Assembly (NCBI GenBank): GCA_964016885.1
Contig: OZ024755.1
Span: forward strand, 22,940,001 to 23,004,000
DNA from: Eledone cirrhosa
Lineage: Eukaryota
DNA length: 64,000 nt
Reading direction: 5' to 3'
Below, piece by piece: positions 26,884 through 39,830 of this stretch (the stretch's first letter is position 1; each line of letters opens with the position of its first letter). Below the pieces are notes generated by a model that worked only from the letters and a program-made list of their open reading frames with translations, was not told the origin of the DNA and ran no database searches. The translations under genes and the position numbers were made by a program.

Positions 26884-27062
26884 ATTCGTTTTTGCGAAAT
26901 TTCTAATCTGAAAACGTGTGTTGAAACAGATATTGTTATACTTTGGGAGGGTCATGTTGCCAATAAAACACACGCACCTGTTGGTTTTCACTTCAATTTA
27001 TCATAAGTTTCCGATTGTTTGGTTGGTTGGTTGATTCGATAACCCGAAGGTTGTTTATATAT

Positions 27063-27107
27063 TATCAAAGCTCTTTCGTCACACATTCTGTGACCTCCTC
27101 AGTGACT
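27063..27107 (-). ncRNA. Minimal type I hammerhead, same family as 39458
   Basis: Minus strand: agtca-CTGAGGA-ggtcacagaatgtgtgac-GAAA-gagc-TT-tgata. Confidence 0.6.
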
Positions 27108-27669
27108 AGGTTTTTATTTTGTCTCTCTCCTTTGTTCTGTCCTACACCAACTTGTGGGCGGCCAGCACACGGAGAGGGGGAGGGCAAGAGAGATGGGGGA
27201 GATGACAGTGGGAGTTCGGCTCTTCTGTGTTCGGACACATTTATCATTTCTATGTTGCTATTGATAATTAGTCCATAATAAGATTACTATCGTATTTTAC
27301 CGTTAGAATGTTTTCTATACCGGTGTAAATCTTATAAAGAAGAATTTAGTTTAAACTTGAATTATTACGAAATTATCAACCCTCTTTTTCATTATGAAGT
27401 AATACAAACTTGGATAAAAATACTGTGTACGTCCTGTTATGATTTAGCTAAAATTTATCTAAAAATGGATTTGTTAATTGAAATGTTTGTAGTATCTTTA
27501 CTAATAGACAGATCATTGTGAACAATTGCAAAGAACTAAAGTAAAATCATACATGTTTAATATGATGCAGTCATAGTGCTGATTTGTAACTTTTTAAATG
27601 TCTTGCCAATGCGGTTTTACGTGGTACAGAAAATAAAAAGTTAATGGGCAGTTTGATACAGGAATTATA

Positions 27670-27905
27670 TTTTGAGCCTAATACTTATACTAATACGGGA
27701 CCTTATACTTCACAAGTGGTTTGAGCCTAATATGAATTTTCGGGACCTTATACTTCACATCTTGTTTGAGCCTAATATCAACTTTCGGGACCTTATACTT
27801 CGCATCTGGTTTGGGCCTAATTCCAATTTTCGATACCTTATACTTCGCATCTGGTTTGAGCCTAATAACAACCTTCAAGACCTTATACTTCACACCTGGT
27901 CTGGG
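27670..27905. repeat. Diverged 45-bp tandem repeat, about five copies
   Basis: tttgagcctaat...gggaccttatacttcRca unit. Confidence 0.9.
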
Positions 27906-28206
27906 TATATTTCTAGCTTTGCACAGACCTGGATGTAGCGACGTCACACGATGAAAGGACTGGTAGAAACATAGACTGTAACACCGTCGTATGATGGTGA
28001 GATGAATGGGAGAAGAGAATTATAGGGGGATGTAAAGACGTCGTACAAGGGGTTGGGGTTGGTAGAAACATAGACAGAAAACTAGAGAAATCAAGAAAAA
28101 TGTAGGGAGTATGTATGATAGTGATAGGTAGATGGATAGATATTCAGACAAATAGTTACGTACGGAGGTCGTATGATGGTAAGACATACTGCTAGAAAGA
28201 CAGGAA

Positions 28207-28417
28207 ATAATGGTTTCTGATTTAGGCACAAGGCCAATAATTTTGGGGGGAGGAAATCGACCCTATTGCGTTACTGGTACTTTATTTTATCGACTCCGTA
28301 AGGATGAAAGGCTAAGCTAACCTCGGCAGGATTTGAACTCGGGGCGTAAATGGCCGTCACTCTGTGCTACGAAGCAGGGTGTCCGTCGCTCTACCAATAC
28401 TGCCCACCCACTGCCCT
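28207..28417 (-). mobile_element. SINE family A
   Basis: Reverse-complement homology. Confidence 0.8.
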
Positions 28418-28714
28418 ATAGTCAGGAAATTATGGTATATATGGTTATAGAGGGACTGGTAGAAATAGATAAACAGAGAGCAAGATAGAAGTGTAAAGTT
28501 GTGGCTCATTACGCTCTGAGTTCAAATCTCGCCGAGGTACCAGTGGTGTACTAAGGTTGGTTCATCAGCCCCCCCCTCTCTCTCTCTTCGGGTAAGATAT
28601 CGGCTTTAATCCAACCTGGAGAGAGAAAAATAGTCTAACAAATTGGACATAAAAGCCAACTGGACATTTCTAAAAATAGATCAATACATATGTAGATGTG
28701 TGTATAGATAGATA

Positions 28715-28980
28715 TATTTCTTTATTTACCATAAAGGCATAAAAAGAAGGGACAAATACAAAAGGGGAGTTTACATACAATCGAGTAAAAAGGGTATAAA
28801 ATGAAAATAATCGAAAATAACCTCAAAAGGGAGGGGACGTGATGGGGGTTGCACACACCCCCGAAAAAGTGTGCAATCCTTTGCCCGGGGAGCACATGGA
28901 GAAGGTGCTCCCCTCTCCTTTACTTCTTTACCTACAGGATGGTATACAGAGAAGGCCCATTTACACGAGCCATTCTCGCC
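28715..28980 (-). mobile_element. Tx1-family 3' end inserted in a TG/TAGA microsatellite
   Basis: Minus strand ARMARVNGPSLYTIL* is homologous to ARMVRVNGTALNIRL* at 4.5 kb. 18-bp TSD-like tgtgtgtatagatagata at 28697 and 28983. Confidence 0.72.
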
Positions 28981-28993
28981 TGTGTGTGTATAG

Positions 28994-29025
<32 letters not shown>

Positions 29026-29124
29026 GGGGGAGAAGAAAAGAACTACAGGGAATCTAGAAATTCTGGGATTCTGGATTGGTTAGAAACTAGCGCGAAAACA
29101 TCGTAACCAACTCTATTACTGCTT

Positions 29125-29161
<37 letters not shown>

Positions 29162-29589
29162 AGCATGCAGATTTCTCCCCCTCTGTATTCTTTCCTTCCT
29201 CCTTCACCCCTGCATATTTTGCTTAATAGAATTAAATAATTTCAAACCCCTTACTTAATAGTAATTAGTTGTTTTAGTTCTGGCTCAAGCCAATCTTGAT
29301 TGAGCAGATATCTATGATCAAATGATCAACGGGTGACCATCCGTGACCATCCTGTCTTCTTTGTAAGTTTGTATATTTAGAACTATCTTGTTTAACGTAT
29401 CTTTCTTTGTTTTTGTTTTTTGGTTGTTTGGGGGGGGGGGGGTATTTACAAAGGAATGTGATCTAGAAATAAGTTTAACTGCTATTTCTAGCAGGTCGAG
29501 TGACCAGATACAAACTTCTCGAGTAGCGGTAGTAGCAATTAAGGGGGGACTGTCGTGACACTGTTAGAATTAGTAAGTCATGTGACTTA

Positions 29590-29844
29590 CGCAGCAGCAG
29601 CAGGAGCCGCCGCAGTAGTAGTAGTAGTAGTGGTGGTGGTGGTGGTGGTTAGGATGCAGGCGATGAAGGACGAAAACACTCGTTCGCGCTTGTTTGCGGC
29701 ACCTCGTTAAGAAAGACGAGGTGTAACTCTACTACTACTGCTGCTACTACTACTATTACTACTATTACTACTATAGCCAGTTGCACCATAAATCGCCACT
29801 CAATGAGTAGTAGTAATAGCAGCAGCTGTAGTAGTAGTAGTAGC

Positions 29845-29900
<56 letters not shown>

Positions 29901-30054
29901 CAGCTGTAGCGTTCGTCACATCAACAGTAGCAACAGTGGTGGTGGTGGTAGTAGTAATACTGGTGGTGATGGCGGTGGTAGTAGTAGTGGTGGTAGTAGT
30001 AGCAGCAGCAGTAATAGTAGTAGTAACAACAGCAGCAGCAGCAGCAGCAGTAGT

Positions 30055-30089
<35 letters not shown>

Positions 30090-30122
30090 TAGTAGCAGCA
30101 GCAGCAGTAGCAACAGTAGTAT
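29590..30122. repeat. Compound (AGT)/(AGC)/(GGT) trinucleotide repeats
   Basis: Low-complexity triplet runs. Confidence 0.9.
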
Positions 30123-30285
30123 ATAGTTGTTGTTTAACCCCAGGTCAGCTTTGATCTATTAAGATATATGCTCATTCCAGCCATGATCACACCGTCTTTT
30201 GAGGGAAATTTGGTTGGTTGCTGTTTTTAGCAGCTCGACCAACCTTGTAGATGTCCCCTTGTCATTTGTTTGTTGCTGTTTAAAT

Positions 30286-30473
30286 AATAATTGTTTCTAC
30301 TTTGGGCACAAGGCCAGCAATTATCTCAGTGCATTACTGGTACTTTATTTTATCGACCCCGTAAGGATGAAAGGCAAAGTTAACCTCGGTGGGATTTGAA
30401 CTTAAACCGTAAAGGGACGTAACTATGCTGGAAAGCATGGGGCCTGACCCTCTACCGATACTGCCAATCCCCT
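30286..30473 (-). mobile_element. SINE family A
   Basis: Reverse-complement homology. Confidence 0.8.
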
Positions 30474-31747
30474 ATAATGGTTTCTGTTATTGGCCACAAG
30501 GGCCGACATAATAAAAGAAACAAAATAATGGATATTTTTAAACATTACCAAAGTAATATTCCGTAAAGTTAGACAAAATAAAAATGTGATATGAGGGAGA
30601 TTTTGGTTGCTATTTTTAGGAGGTTGAATGACCACGTGAATGTTCCATGTTTGTGGTTGTCGTGCTATTGTTGTCATTGTTTAACCCTGGTTCAAACAGA
30701 CCTGTAATCAAAAGCATTCTAATCACCACTATCCTATATTTTTGTATATCCAACACTACATTACCGAATGTGATTTTTTAAAAAAGATGGTTGTGTATAG
30801 AATTTATTTTAAAGGAACTACACACATTTTTGAGGTAGATGCCATTACCCAGTGTTTCATATTCTCTGAGTCTGAGGAGAATTTGTACTGGCTGCTATTT
30901 CAAACATTTTATGTGTTTTAAGTCTTTTAACAATCATTCACCGTGTAAGTGCATGTAATATCACTGCACAAAATGTAAACTTACACCACAACATTAGATT
31001 TAGAACTACACAAGGAGTTTGCAGTATGTTAAAATAATTGGGTGAGAATTGAGGTAAATTTGGCTACTATTTCTAGCTGGCCTAACTGCCGTGTAGTGGG
31101 TCCTTCTAGCGGTGTAGGCGGGTGTTATATAAATAAGTAGAAGATATATGAGAACAGGTTTGAAGTTGTCATTGTCTTTGTTGACAGACGTTCTTTAATG
31201 AGGCAAAATAATGACTGGGGATGGAGTACTGGAGACGGTGGTAGTAGTATGAGTGGTAGTGCTGGTGGTGGTGGCATATATAATGGGGGAGGTATCGGCA
31301 GTGGTGGTGGTGATAGTCATAATGGTTGTGAATATGGAAGTGTTGTTGTTGTTGGTGGTGGTGATGGTATGAATTTTCTTTTATGACATATGCACAGTGG
31401 TTAGAGAGACTGATCGAGATTAGTGAGCCAGACTAAGGCGTCATTTGTACTATTATGGATTGCCTCCAGACTGCCGGGAAAACGTTTGAAGGGGGCAATC
31501 CCGAACAACATGTAGCAGAGAGATATACCGTCCTGATAAAGGGAAATGACCCAGAAACATATTGATTATTACTCGATGCTACTGTTGAACAAACGGATTA
31601 TAATAATCATCAAAACACAACATAGTATAGTAAGGCTGTTTGCTGGCAAACGATCAAATATTATCCTTATTATTTGATAAACCCATACTTACACATTACA
31701 TTATATATATATATGACCTCAGCCGGATGGCTGGTACAGGTAAAAGA

Positions 31748-31786
<39 letters not shown>

Positions 31787-31907
31787 AGGTGAGTTTTATT
31801 GTAGTACAATAAAGCAATGCAGATATCGGATAAGAAGCACTCTACAGTTTGTAGGACTGGAGTATACATAATATATAAGATCAAAAGATGGTTAAATGAG
31901 TTCCATG

Positions 31908-31978
31908 TATTTTATTATGCGCATTTCAAAAACAAATATCATCATGCAATAACATTTGTGTTTTCATCAGATAAAATA
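31908..31978 (-). ncRNA. Type I hammerhead ribozyme (mirror copy of 32097-32167)
   Basis: Exact reverse complement within the perfect palindrome 31871-32204. Confidence 0.85.
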
Positions 31979-32096
31979 GGAGGACATGATATGAAGGTTA
32001 AAAAACACTTGTGGATAGTGCAGTTTTAAATCAACATATGTTGATTTAAAACTGCACTATCCACAAGTGTTTTTTAACCTTCATATCATGTCCTCC

Positions 32097-32167
32097 TATT
32101 TTATCTGATGAAAACACAAATGTTATTGCATGATGATATTTGTTTTTGAAATGCGCATAATAAAATA
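32097..32167 (+). ncRNA. Type I hammerhead ribozyme (intact core)
   Basis: tattttat-CTGATGA-[hairpin aaacacaaatgttatt gcat gatgatatttgttttt]-GAA-Atgcgca-TA-ataaaata. 8-bp stem I, palindromic stem III, AUA cleavage triplet. Confidence 0.85.
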
Positions 32168-32259
32168 CATGGAACTCATTTAACCATCTTTTGATCTTAT
32201 ATATATATATATCTAAAAAAAAAAAGAGAATTAGTGTTGCGACGAATGGAATTTATTGG

Positions 32260-32357
32260 ACATATTACAATCGTTTCTGTGGCGACCAGCTCGAGGCACG
32301 ATCGATGTGATGATAGAACCTGACTCTGAAAATCGCAAGGTCCTCAGTCAGATACGT
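32260..32357 (-). ncRNA. Degenerate hammerhead with long stem II
   Basis: Minus strand: acgtat-CTGACTGA-...-GAAA-cgattg-TA-atatgt. A related fragment at about 36195-36290 has GAAAcgcgcgTC. Confidence 0.4.
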
Positions 32358-32929
32358 CTTGATTCTACGACATTCAAGGCACAAGGAAAAAAGTTCCCAA
32401 ACCACCAATAATTATCCATAAAATGTTATTGTTCCTTTGTTAGCATTGTTGTTTTGCAACTTGAGGATACAGCTACGATCTTTACAATCACCCCTCTTTT
32501 GATATTTTCAGATTTTCCTTGATATGAAGAGACTGAGAGTACAAGACTCGCTACGAATAGGATACCAGTCCAATGCAGGGTTAAACTCACAGCTGTTGCT
32601 GGTACTCATTTTCAGCTGAGTATATTGGAGCAACGTGAAATGAAGTGTTTTGCTGAAGAACAACATACAACCCAGTCAAGGATTGAACCCACGACATTTT
32701 TACTAAATTCCTTGTATGGAAGTGTGTGTCACAGTTCCAGCGATGCGGTGTTTGGCTGCTGAACGCATGCGCACATGTCCGAAGAAAAAAAGCTGAACGA
32801 TGGTTGCAGAGAGCGCTGTCGCTCATGCAGTGTCGGCCATGTTGTCCAGGTGTAAGCTAGTGTTTATTTTTGACTCAGCATCTGTTATGTTTACAAACCG
32901 TGTTCCATATTCTTGAATGTCATAAACTG

Positions 32930-33392
32930 TAGAATGCTAAATTGTTCAACAAGAAAAGCTTCACTAGTTTTAAGAATGAGCTGCCTACAGAAGAGACAGT
33001 ACTGACCACTGAAGCATATCCCATGATTGACAAAGAAAAGCTTGAAACTGAACTAAAATCATTCTATTGTAGATCCGATATGCATGAATATTACAAATTA
33101 ATTGAGCTGCTGAAATTTATCTCGGAAAATAATCTAGATGATGTTCTTAGTGAAATTACGAAACTGATAAAAATCCTCTTGATAATTCCCATCAGAGCCA
33201 GAACGTTGTTTTACAACACTGAAAGAATAAAAAACTTTTCTAAGGAGCACTACGAATCCTGAAAGACTAAATGCACTTGCAGTGCTTTCAATGGGGGAAA
33301 TATTTCTCAACAGTCATCCAGGGATCAAGGACAAAATTATTAACCTTGGCGCTCAAAGTAAAACAAGAAGAATGGGTTTCATTTTTAAATGA
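32930..33392 (+). pseudogene. hAT transposase C-terminal (dimerisation) fragment, ZMYM1/Tip100-like
   Basis: KLETELKSFY...LSEITKLIKILLIIP, then after a frameshift ERCFTTLKRIKNFLRST..ERLNALAVLS...KTRRMGF. Confidence 0.85.
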
Positions 33393-33961
33393 AGTGATCA
33401 AGCTTGAACTGTAACAATTTACCAGTAAGTAAAAAATACTATATTCGCTTAGGATTTTATCAAGTTAATGTATACATTTTTATTTTATATATCTCAACAA
33501 GGAAGATGAAAAAAAGTTGCCTCAACACTTAATTTTAAATTTTAAATTTTTAGTTTTTAATTCTTATTAATTCTTTTTTATTGTAATACTCAACATTTGA
33601 TAAGATGAATTTTACTAATACATCGAAACCGGTTATACTTTATATACTTTATAAACATTATAAAACTCTTTTTTAAAAGAATTGTCCCTCTCATTTTTCC
33701 AATAATGTCACTTTGACGAATCAGAGAAAAGGAAAAAAAAAAGAAAAACAAACCCTTAAATATATTTTCTGTGCTATTTCCAATTTCACCTTTTCTCTAT
33801 AACCACTGTTTTGTATAGAACCTTACTTCCCGTTTCAAATATATAATATATATATATATATTATATATAGAGAGAGAGTTTAATAAATGAACAGAAAACA
33901 AAAAAAAGAGAGGGAGTACAAATGATATGGTTTTTAGTTTCAAACTTGAGTGGGGGGGGGG

Positions 33962-33993
33962 GACGTTTCGGGCATAAGCCCTTCATCAGGAGA
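33962..33993 (-). ncRNA. Hammerhead core remnant (PLE pLTR type)
   Basis: Minus strand: CTGATGA-a-gggc ttat gccc-GAAACGTC; stem I partner is lost. Similar remnants at 41532-41568 (+), about 7985-8012 (+) and about 5265-5295 (-). Confidence 0.5.
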
Positions 33994-34158
33994 ACAGTGG
34001 GTAGGAAGAGAGTTCCGAGGGTGTGTGGGTGAGTGGTGGAAAGACATTAAAAAAAGGGGGGGGGGAGAAAAGGGAGGAAAACAATTTTTTAGAAAGTAAA
34101 GGAAATGTTTTTAAAGTAAAAATAAAAATAAACAAGGTGTGAGGCGTGGTGGAGGGGG

Positions 34159-34205
<47 letters not shown>

Positions 34206-34797
34206 GAGTATCTTATACAAGTTACTGAAGGGTAGATTAAAGTGAAGTACTCGAAAGAACACTTCACAAGAATCTTTCCTTAGGGATATACACTAAAAAT
34301 CCCTGACTGTAATTTGATTAGTTTCTGAATTGAAAAATAAATCAGACCATTTCAATAGATTGATATGACCAGGATTTAAACTTAGAACGTTAAAGAGCCG
34401 GAACAAATACTGCTAATCGACACTGCCATCCCATCGTCCTATCCGAACTATAATTATTTTCTGGTTAATTTAGTTGTTAATTTCTTGAAATTATCTTCTC
34501 CTTTCTCTGGGAGAAGCTAAAAATCTACACTATACCCCCCCCCTTCTCCGACGACGCAAATTTCAATTCATTTAGAAATAAGTTTGCATACGTCAATCAG
34601 TGGATTAAAACAAAACTGTTTCATCTAAATTCATGTTGGCTCACGAGTTATCACTTCTAGCTAAATTTTCGGATAATTTTACGAATTACTACAGGCTAAA
34701 ATTGATCGTAACTCTTTTTCAATTTGTAAATATCTATATCCAATGAACTACCGTCTCGAGATGACTATTCCGCTGACAAGGTTTAATAAGACCGAAA

Positions 34798-35016
34798 CAT
34801 TCATAGCTGTCACCGTGTCTACTAACAAAGATCACATTCGTAGCTGTCACCATGTCTACTAACAAAGACCACATTCGTAGCTGTCACCATGTCTACTAAC
34901 AAAGACCACATTCGTAGCTGTCACCGTGTCTACTAACAAAGACCACATTCGTAGCTGTCACCGTGTCTACTAACAAAGACCACATTCGTAGCTGTCACCA
35001 TGTCTACTAAGAAAGA
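34798..35016. repeat. 37-bp minisatellite, six copies
   Basis: cattcgtagctgtcaccRtgtctactaacaaagacca unit. Confidence 0.95.
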
Positions 35017-35903
35017 TCAGATTTTCTCCTAAGAATGATGATTACTAATTTTCTGTGAAATACAATTCTTAATTTATTAGAATTATCTCCCCCTTTCCTT
35101 GAGAGTTGCTAAAATGGCAGCTGCATTACTTTATTTTCTTTCTCCAACTAAGATGCAAATTTCAATTCATTGAATTTTTTTTTTTTTTTTGCTAATTTCA
35201 TTCAGTATATCGCCATCTTTCAATTTGACTTTTATCTATGATTATATCCTTCACCTGCCAAAATATAGAATGCTTTTGTAAGAGAAATCCAATCACAGTT
35301 TGGTTATTGAGATGAGATTCGAACAATAGCAAGTTCGACCAGTGCAATGATAAGTAACTGTGTTTCAGTGTTAACTACTCCATCCACTACAATTTGTTTG
35401 TCAGGGTTGGCGATTTAAGGAGCTGATAAGAAATAATGCTTTCTGGTTTCCAACATGCACACATACATACACACACACACACAAATACGTACGCACACAC
35501 ACACCACACACACACACCACACACACACCAATTCTACTTATAGGTATAATGATTTCTCTTCAGGCATATTGCCAATAATTGTACAATCAATGGATTCTAT
35601 CTACATATCTTACTGGTGCTTTTGTTTTATAGATTTTGACCTCGAGTAGGACGGGATAATGGATATACAATTAAAAACAAACAAAACCAAGTTGAAGATA
35701 TAAGTAGCGGGAGGGTAAGGGATGTGGTTAAGGCAGAAACACGAAAGAACAAAGAGATATTAACTGGTTTAATATTTTGCTCTCTCGCTGGCTATTTTAC
35801 ATTTTTAAAGTTAATTTTCTTTTAATGTTTATTTAAATTTCCTCGTTTAAATAGAATTTTATTGTAAGAGACTATTTTGAGTTCCTAACTCAATATATAC
35901 CTT

Positions 35904-35969
<66 letters not shown>

Positions 35970-36019
35970 GCACACGCACGCACACGCACGCACACGCACG
36001 CACACGCACGCACACGCAC

Positions 36020-36104
<85 letters not shown>

Positions 36105-36105
36105 C

Positions 36106-36144
<39 letters not shown>

Positions 36145-36314
36145 CACACACACACACTATTAATAATAAAAGTACGAATTATGTTTTCATTACGTTTATC
36201 GAGTAGTGACGCGCGTTTCGCTATTGATCAGCTCAAGGTTCGATCTAGCCTGACTCTGGAAACTACGCATTGAGTGCTCACTCGCGTGAACCTACAGTAA
36301 CTGCAAGTTACATT

Positions 36315-36391
<77 letters not shown>

Positions 36392-37712
36392 AAAGAATTT
36401 ATAAAATATAACTTGACATAATAGAGAGTCTATTACTTGGGTGCTTCTGACAAGACCCGCTGGAGAGCGTGTTTGGGGACTCTGCCCCCAAGACCATGCC
36501 AGGAATATGTGGGCGAAGAAGAAGAACTTGAAGACATAAATATATATGGTAAGCTTCAAGAAGCGCATCCAACCTTAGAAACCATGACGTTATGAGCAAG
36601 ATGAGGTCATTGTGACCCGTCTGGTCTCGGACTATGACAATCCGTCAAGCACATAATCAGCATGGGAAGTGGTCATAAAATGATAATCATCGATCTTAGC
36701 GTCCGTTTTCTCTGCTAGCAAGAGCTGGCCGAGTTGTCACTGACTAAGTCAGTAGTTAATCGGAACCATTGGTCTCTCAAACGGGTGGGGGTGGTGGTGA
36801 TGGCTTCACCAACCAGCAATTGGCCTAGCGTGGTGAGTATGGCTACACCCTTGACATGACCGAAATTTAACAGAAAATGGTGGAAGTCAACCGAGGAGGG
36901 ATTCCTCTAACAGGATGAGAAGGCCCTGGATTGGATATAGATACCAATCTCCTCCTCTTTACTGTTGCAGGCATCGAGGAGGGTTTCCCTGAATTTATTC
37001 CTTCTTTATCTTCCTTCTCCAGATGGCTTTTTGTCTTTGCGCCCGTCTCATAGGATGGCGGAAAGAAAAGCTGGGAAGTTGGAGAGGGGAGATACAGACA
37101 TTAAAGCGAAATGGACAAGCTTGTCATGGGACCCACAAAGCAAATCCTTGTTTTAGCAGGGAAACAACATTGAAACGCTTATGATTTGAGTGACGTTTGA
37201 CTGCTACTTCTAGTTCCAGTAGTTCGATTGACAACACATCAACTTTAAAAACAAATTAAAAACAAAAAAGAAACAAACAAACATAGTCGACTGATTTTAA
37301 TTCAGCGTTTGTTTGGTGCTTCTTTTATCGATCCTTCATGAGTTGTGAGAGGCCTAACTGACCCCTGCCGGGATTTAAACTTACAATGTAGAGAATCGAA
37401 ACACAATATCGATTTCTTTCATTATCTATTGAATAAATAGTATTGATTTCGAGAGGGAAATATGTTGCTGCATTTAGTGCAGCGGTCTACGGTCTGCGAT
37501 ATGCAGTTCTTTTATAGACATCAATGTGAGAGCTATAAGACCAGAGTATATTCAGTAACTATTTGACTAGTTCATTTAACATCACTGACTACATATCTAC
37601 CGATGGAGTCGGAGAGCACCGTTGTAATATAGAGGCTGTCTTGGACATTACAAAATCTGTTGGCTCCCATCCTTCTCCAAGTGTAATCACAGCCGATTTA
37701 TTCCAGAATATA

Positions 37713-37753
<41 letters not shown>

Positions 37754-38385
37754 GGATTAACAAATAATAGTTAAATGCAGTCCACTTAGGTGAAGTCCAG
37801 TTATGGTATTCCAGGTAGTGGATGATATTAACGCTTGGCTTGGTTTGACTCAACAAGGCGTTTTCATAGTGATGCTGCGGGTATGCCGTAATTCCTATGT
37901 TGTAAACACTTGGAGTAATAATAAATCAGGAACTGTTGAAGATGAAGAGAAAGACTGTAAAAACTAGCTTATCTTTATAATTTAAAATTGATATACACTA
38001 CGATACTTCGTACATGTCAACGCTTCATTTTGCCTTATGACAGCTAGTTTTACACGCCGTAACATTAGATACATTATATACCCCCCACCTAAGTAATGTC
38101 AGGGTCTCCTTAAATAATTTATTGATAGCATTGTTGTTATTGTTCTAATTGAATGCCATTACTACTTCATATAGTAGCCTGTATTTTCTTTTCTTTTCTT
38201 GCCTGTGTATTTTCTTCATTCTCGCATGCTCCGAAGATCTGACTGGTTATAATTCTGTATTGGCGATCGTGTAACGCAAAATTAAGCGGATAGCGATCTC
38301 TAGACATACCAGTTCAGTGAAACAAATGTAAGCTATGTGATTAAAAACTTTTTTGTATAGCAAACCATGTAAACCTTCTTTCCTG

Positions 38386-38428
<43 letters not shown>

Positions 38429-38743
38429 CACGACAGAACAAAGTGACACTGGAAATTTATAAAAAATTGAAGTGAAAACCAACCGGTGCATGTGTTTTTA
38501 TTGGCAGCATGACCTTAACAAAGTAGGGTTGTTGATCTCCATCTAGAAGAGGGTTGTTTCTCCCATGTAGATTATTCTAGACTAGGAAGACCCCACAAAT
38601 TCTTCATATATCATCTTAAGAAAAACGTTTAAGATATTGCATATATACTGAAGTTCTGTAAATATTTTATAATTTTGGTAGAATACATTTTTCTATTATT
38701 TTCTTTATTACTTTCTGTATTTAGATATTCTAAATAAATGTTT

Positions 38744-38780
<37 letters not shown>

Positions 38781-39040
38781 ATACAGATAACATAGACACA
38801 TAATAAAACAAATATATAACATGGGTTGGTAACAAGATATAGGCGACCGTCTGGGTTCGTTATATCAGCGCAGGCTGCTGTGCAGGTGCATATTCCCGTA
38901 AACTTATTTATATTTTTCTTATTCTACAAACTAAAGATCTTGTTACTAATATACCTCAAAATCTGTTCAGTTGCATTAATTTACTCTCTTAGATAACGAT
39001 GGGACATGACATAAATTATCTTGATGCATAATGCAGCTTA

Positions 39041-39089
<49 letters not shown>

Positions 39090-39095
<6 letters not shown>

Positions 39096-39650
39096 CGTTT
39101 CTGAATTTGTTTAGCAAGATTCTTTATCTGAAATCGTGTGTTGAAACCGATATTGTTATACTTTGGGAGGGTCATGTTGCCAATAAACATAAAAGAATTA
39201 CAACCAAAATTAAATAGAAAATATGAGTGGAACAGCAACATCACAACTTACAATTAAGGACAAAATGAAAACACACACACACACAGAACAAACAACCAGC
39301 CAGTAACATGTAAATAAACAAATAAATAAATGAACATAAACACACACAGACACCCGGATGTGGCGCATGCGCAGACTGAGCACACAACAGACACACAGAA
39401 ACAAAATGGCGTAGGACAGAACAAAGGAGAGGTACAGAAACAAAGAAAGGAATCCCCAGTCACTGAAGAGGTCACAAAGTGTGTGACGAAAGAACTATGA
39501 CTATATATAAACAACTATCTGGTTGTGGAACCAACCAACCAACCAGAAATTTATAAATTTATAAATTTATAAATATATAATAAATTGAAGTGAAAGCAAC
39601 TGGTGCGTGTGTTTTTTATTGGCAACATGACCCTCCCAAAGTATAACAAT
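39090..39650 (+). mobile_element. Longer member of the PLE-like family carrying an intact hammerhead (39458-39502) with an inverted partial copy
   Basis: Ends ...atgaccctcccaaagtataacaatat(TA)n. The left 100 bp is the inverted terminus plus tail. Internal sequence is shared with 26930-27150. Confidence 0.65.
39458..39502 (+). ncRNA. Minimal type I hammerhead ribozyme
   Basis: agtca-CTGAAGA-g-gtcaca aagtg tgtgac-GAAA-gaac-TA-tgact. 5-bp stem I, 6-bp stem II, very short stem III. Confidence 0.72.
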
Positions 39651-39706
39651 ATATATATATATATATATAGGGGCATACGCCACTCTATATATATGTGTGT
39701 GTGTAT

Positions 39707-39738
<32 letters not shown>

Positions 39739-39781
39739 GGGGCATACGCCACTCTATATATATATGTGTGTGTGTGTGTAT

Positions 39782-39830
<49 letters not shown>

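Larger units (their letters stand above)
31784..32204. mobile_element. Short PLE-derived insertion: perfect 334-bp palindrome plus one-sided tail of about 85 bp, flanked by (TA)n
   Basis: Arms 31871-32037 and 32038-32204 are reverse complements, each with a hammerhead pointing outward. The left arm continues into a unique tail ending in (TA)n. Confidence 0.75.

Noticed and set aside
29803-30154. Poly-Ser/Gly, poly-Val and poly-Leu ORFs
   Set aside because: Trinucleotide repeats open in several frames; no splice or domain context; abut a SINE-like tail.
39140-39170. gaaaccgatattgtta read as a hammerhead 3' half
   Set aside because: No upstream CUGANGA or stem I; the family's real hammerhead is at 39458-39502 in the opposite element orientation.
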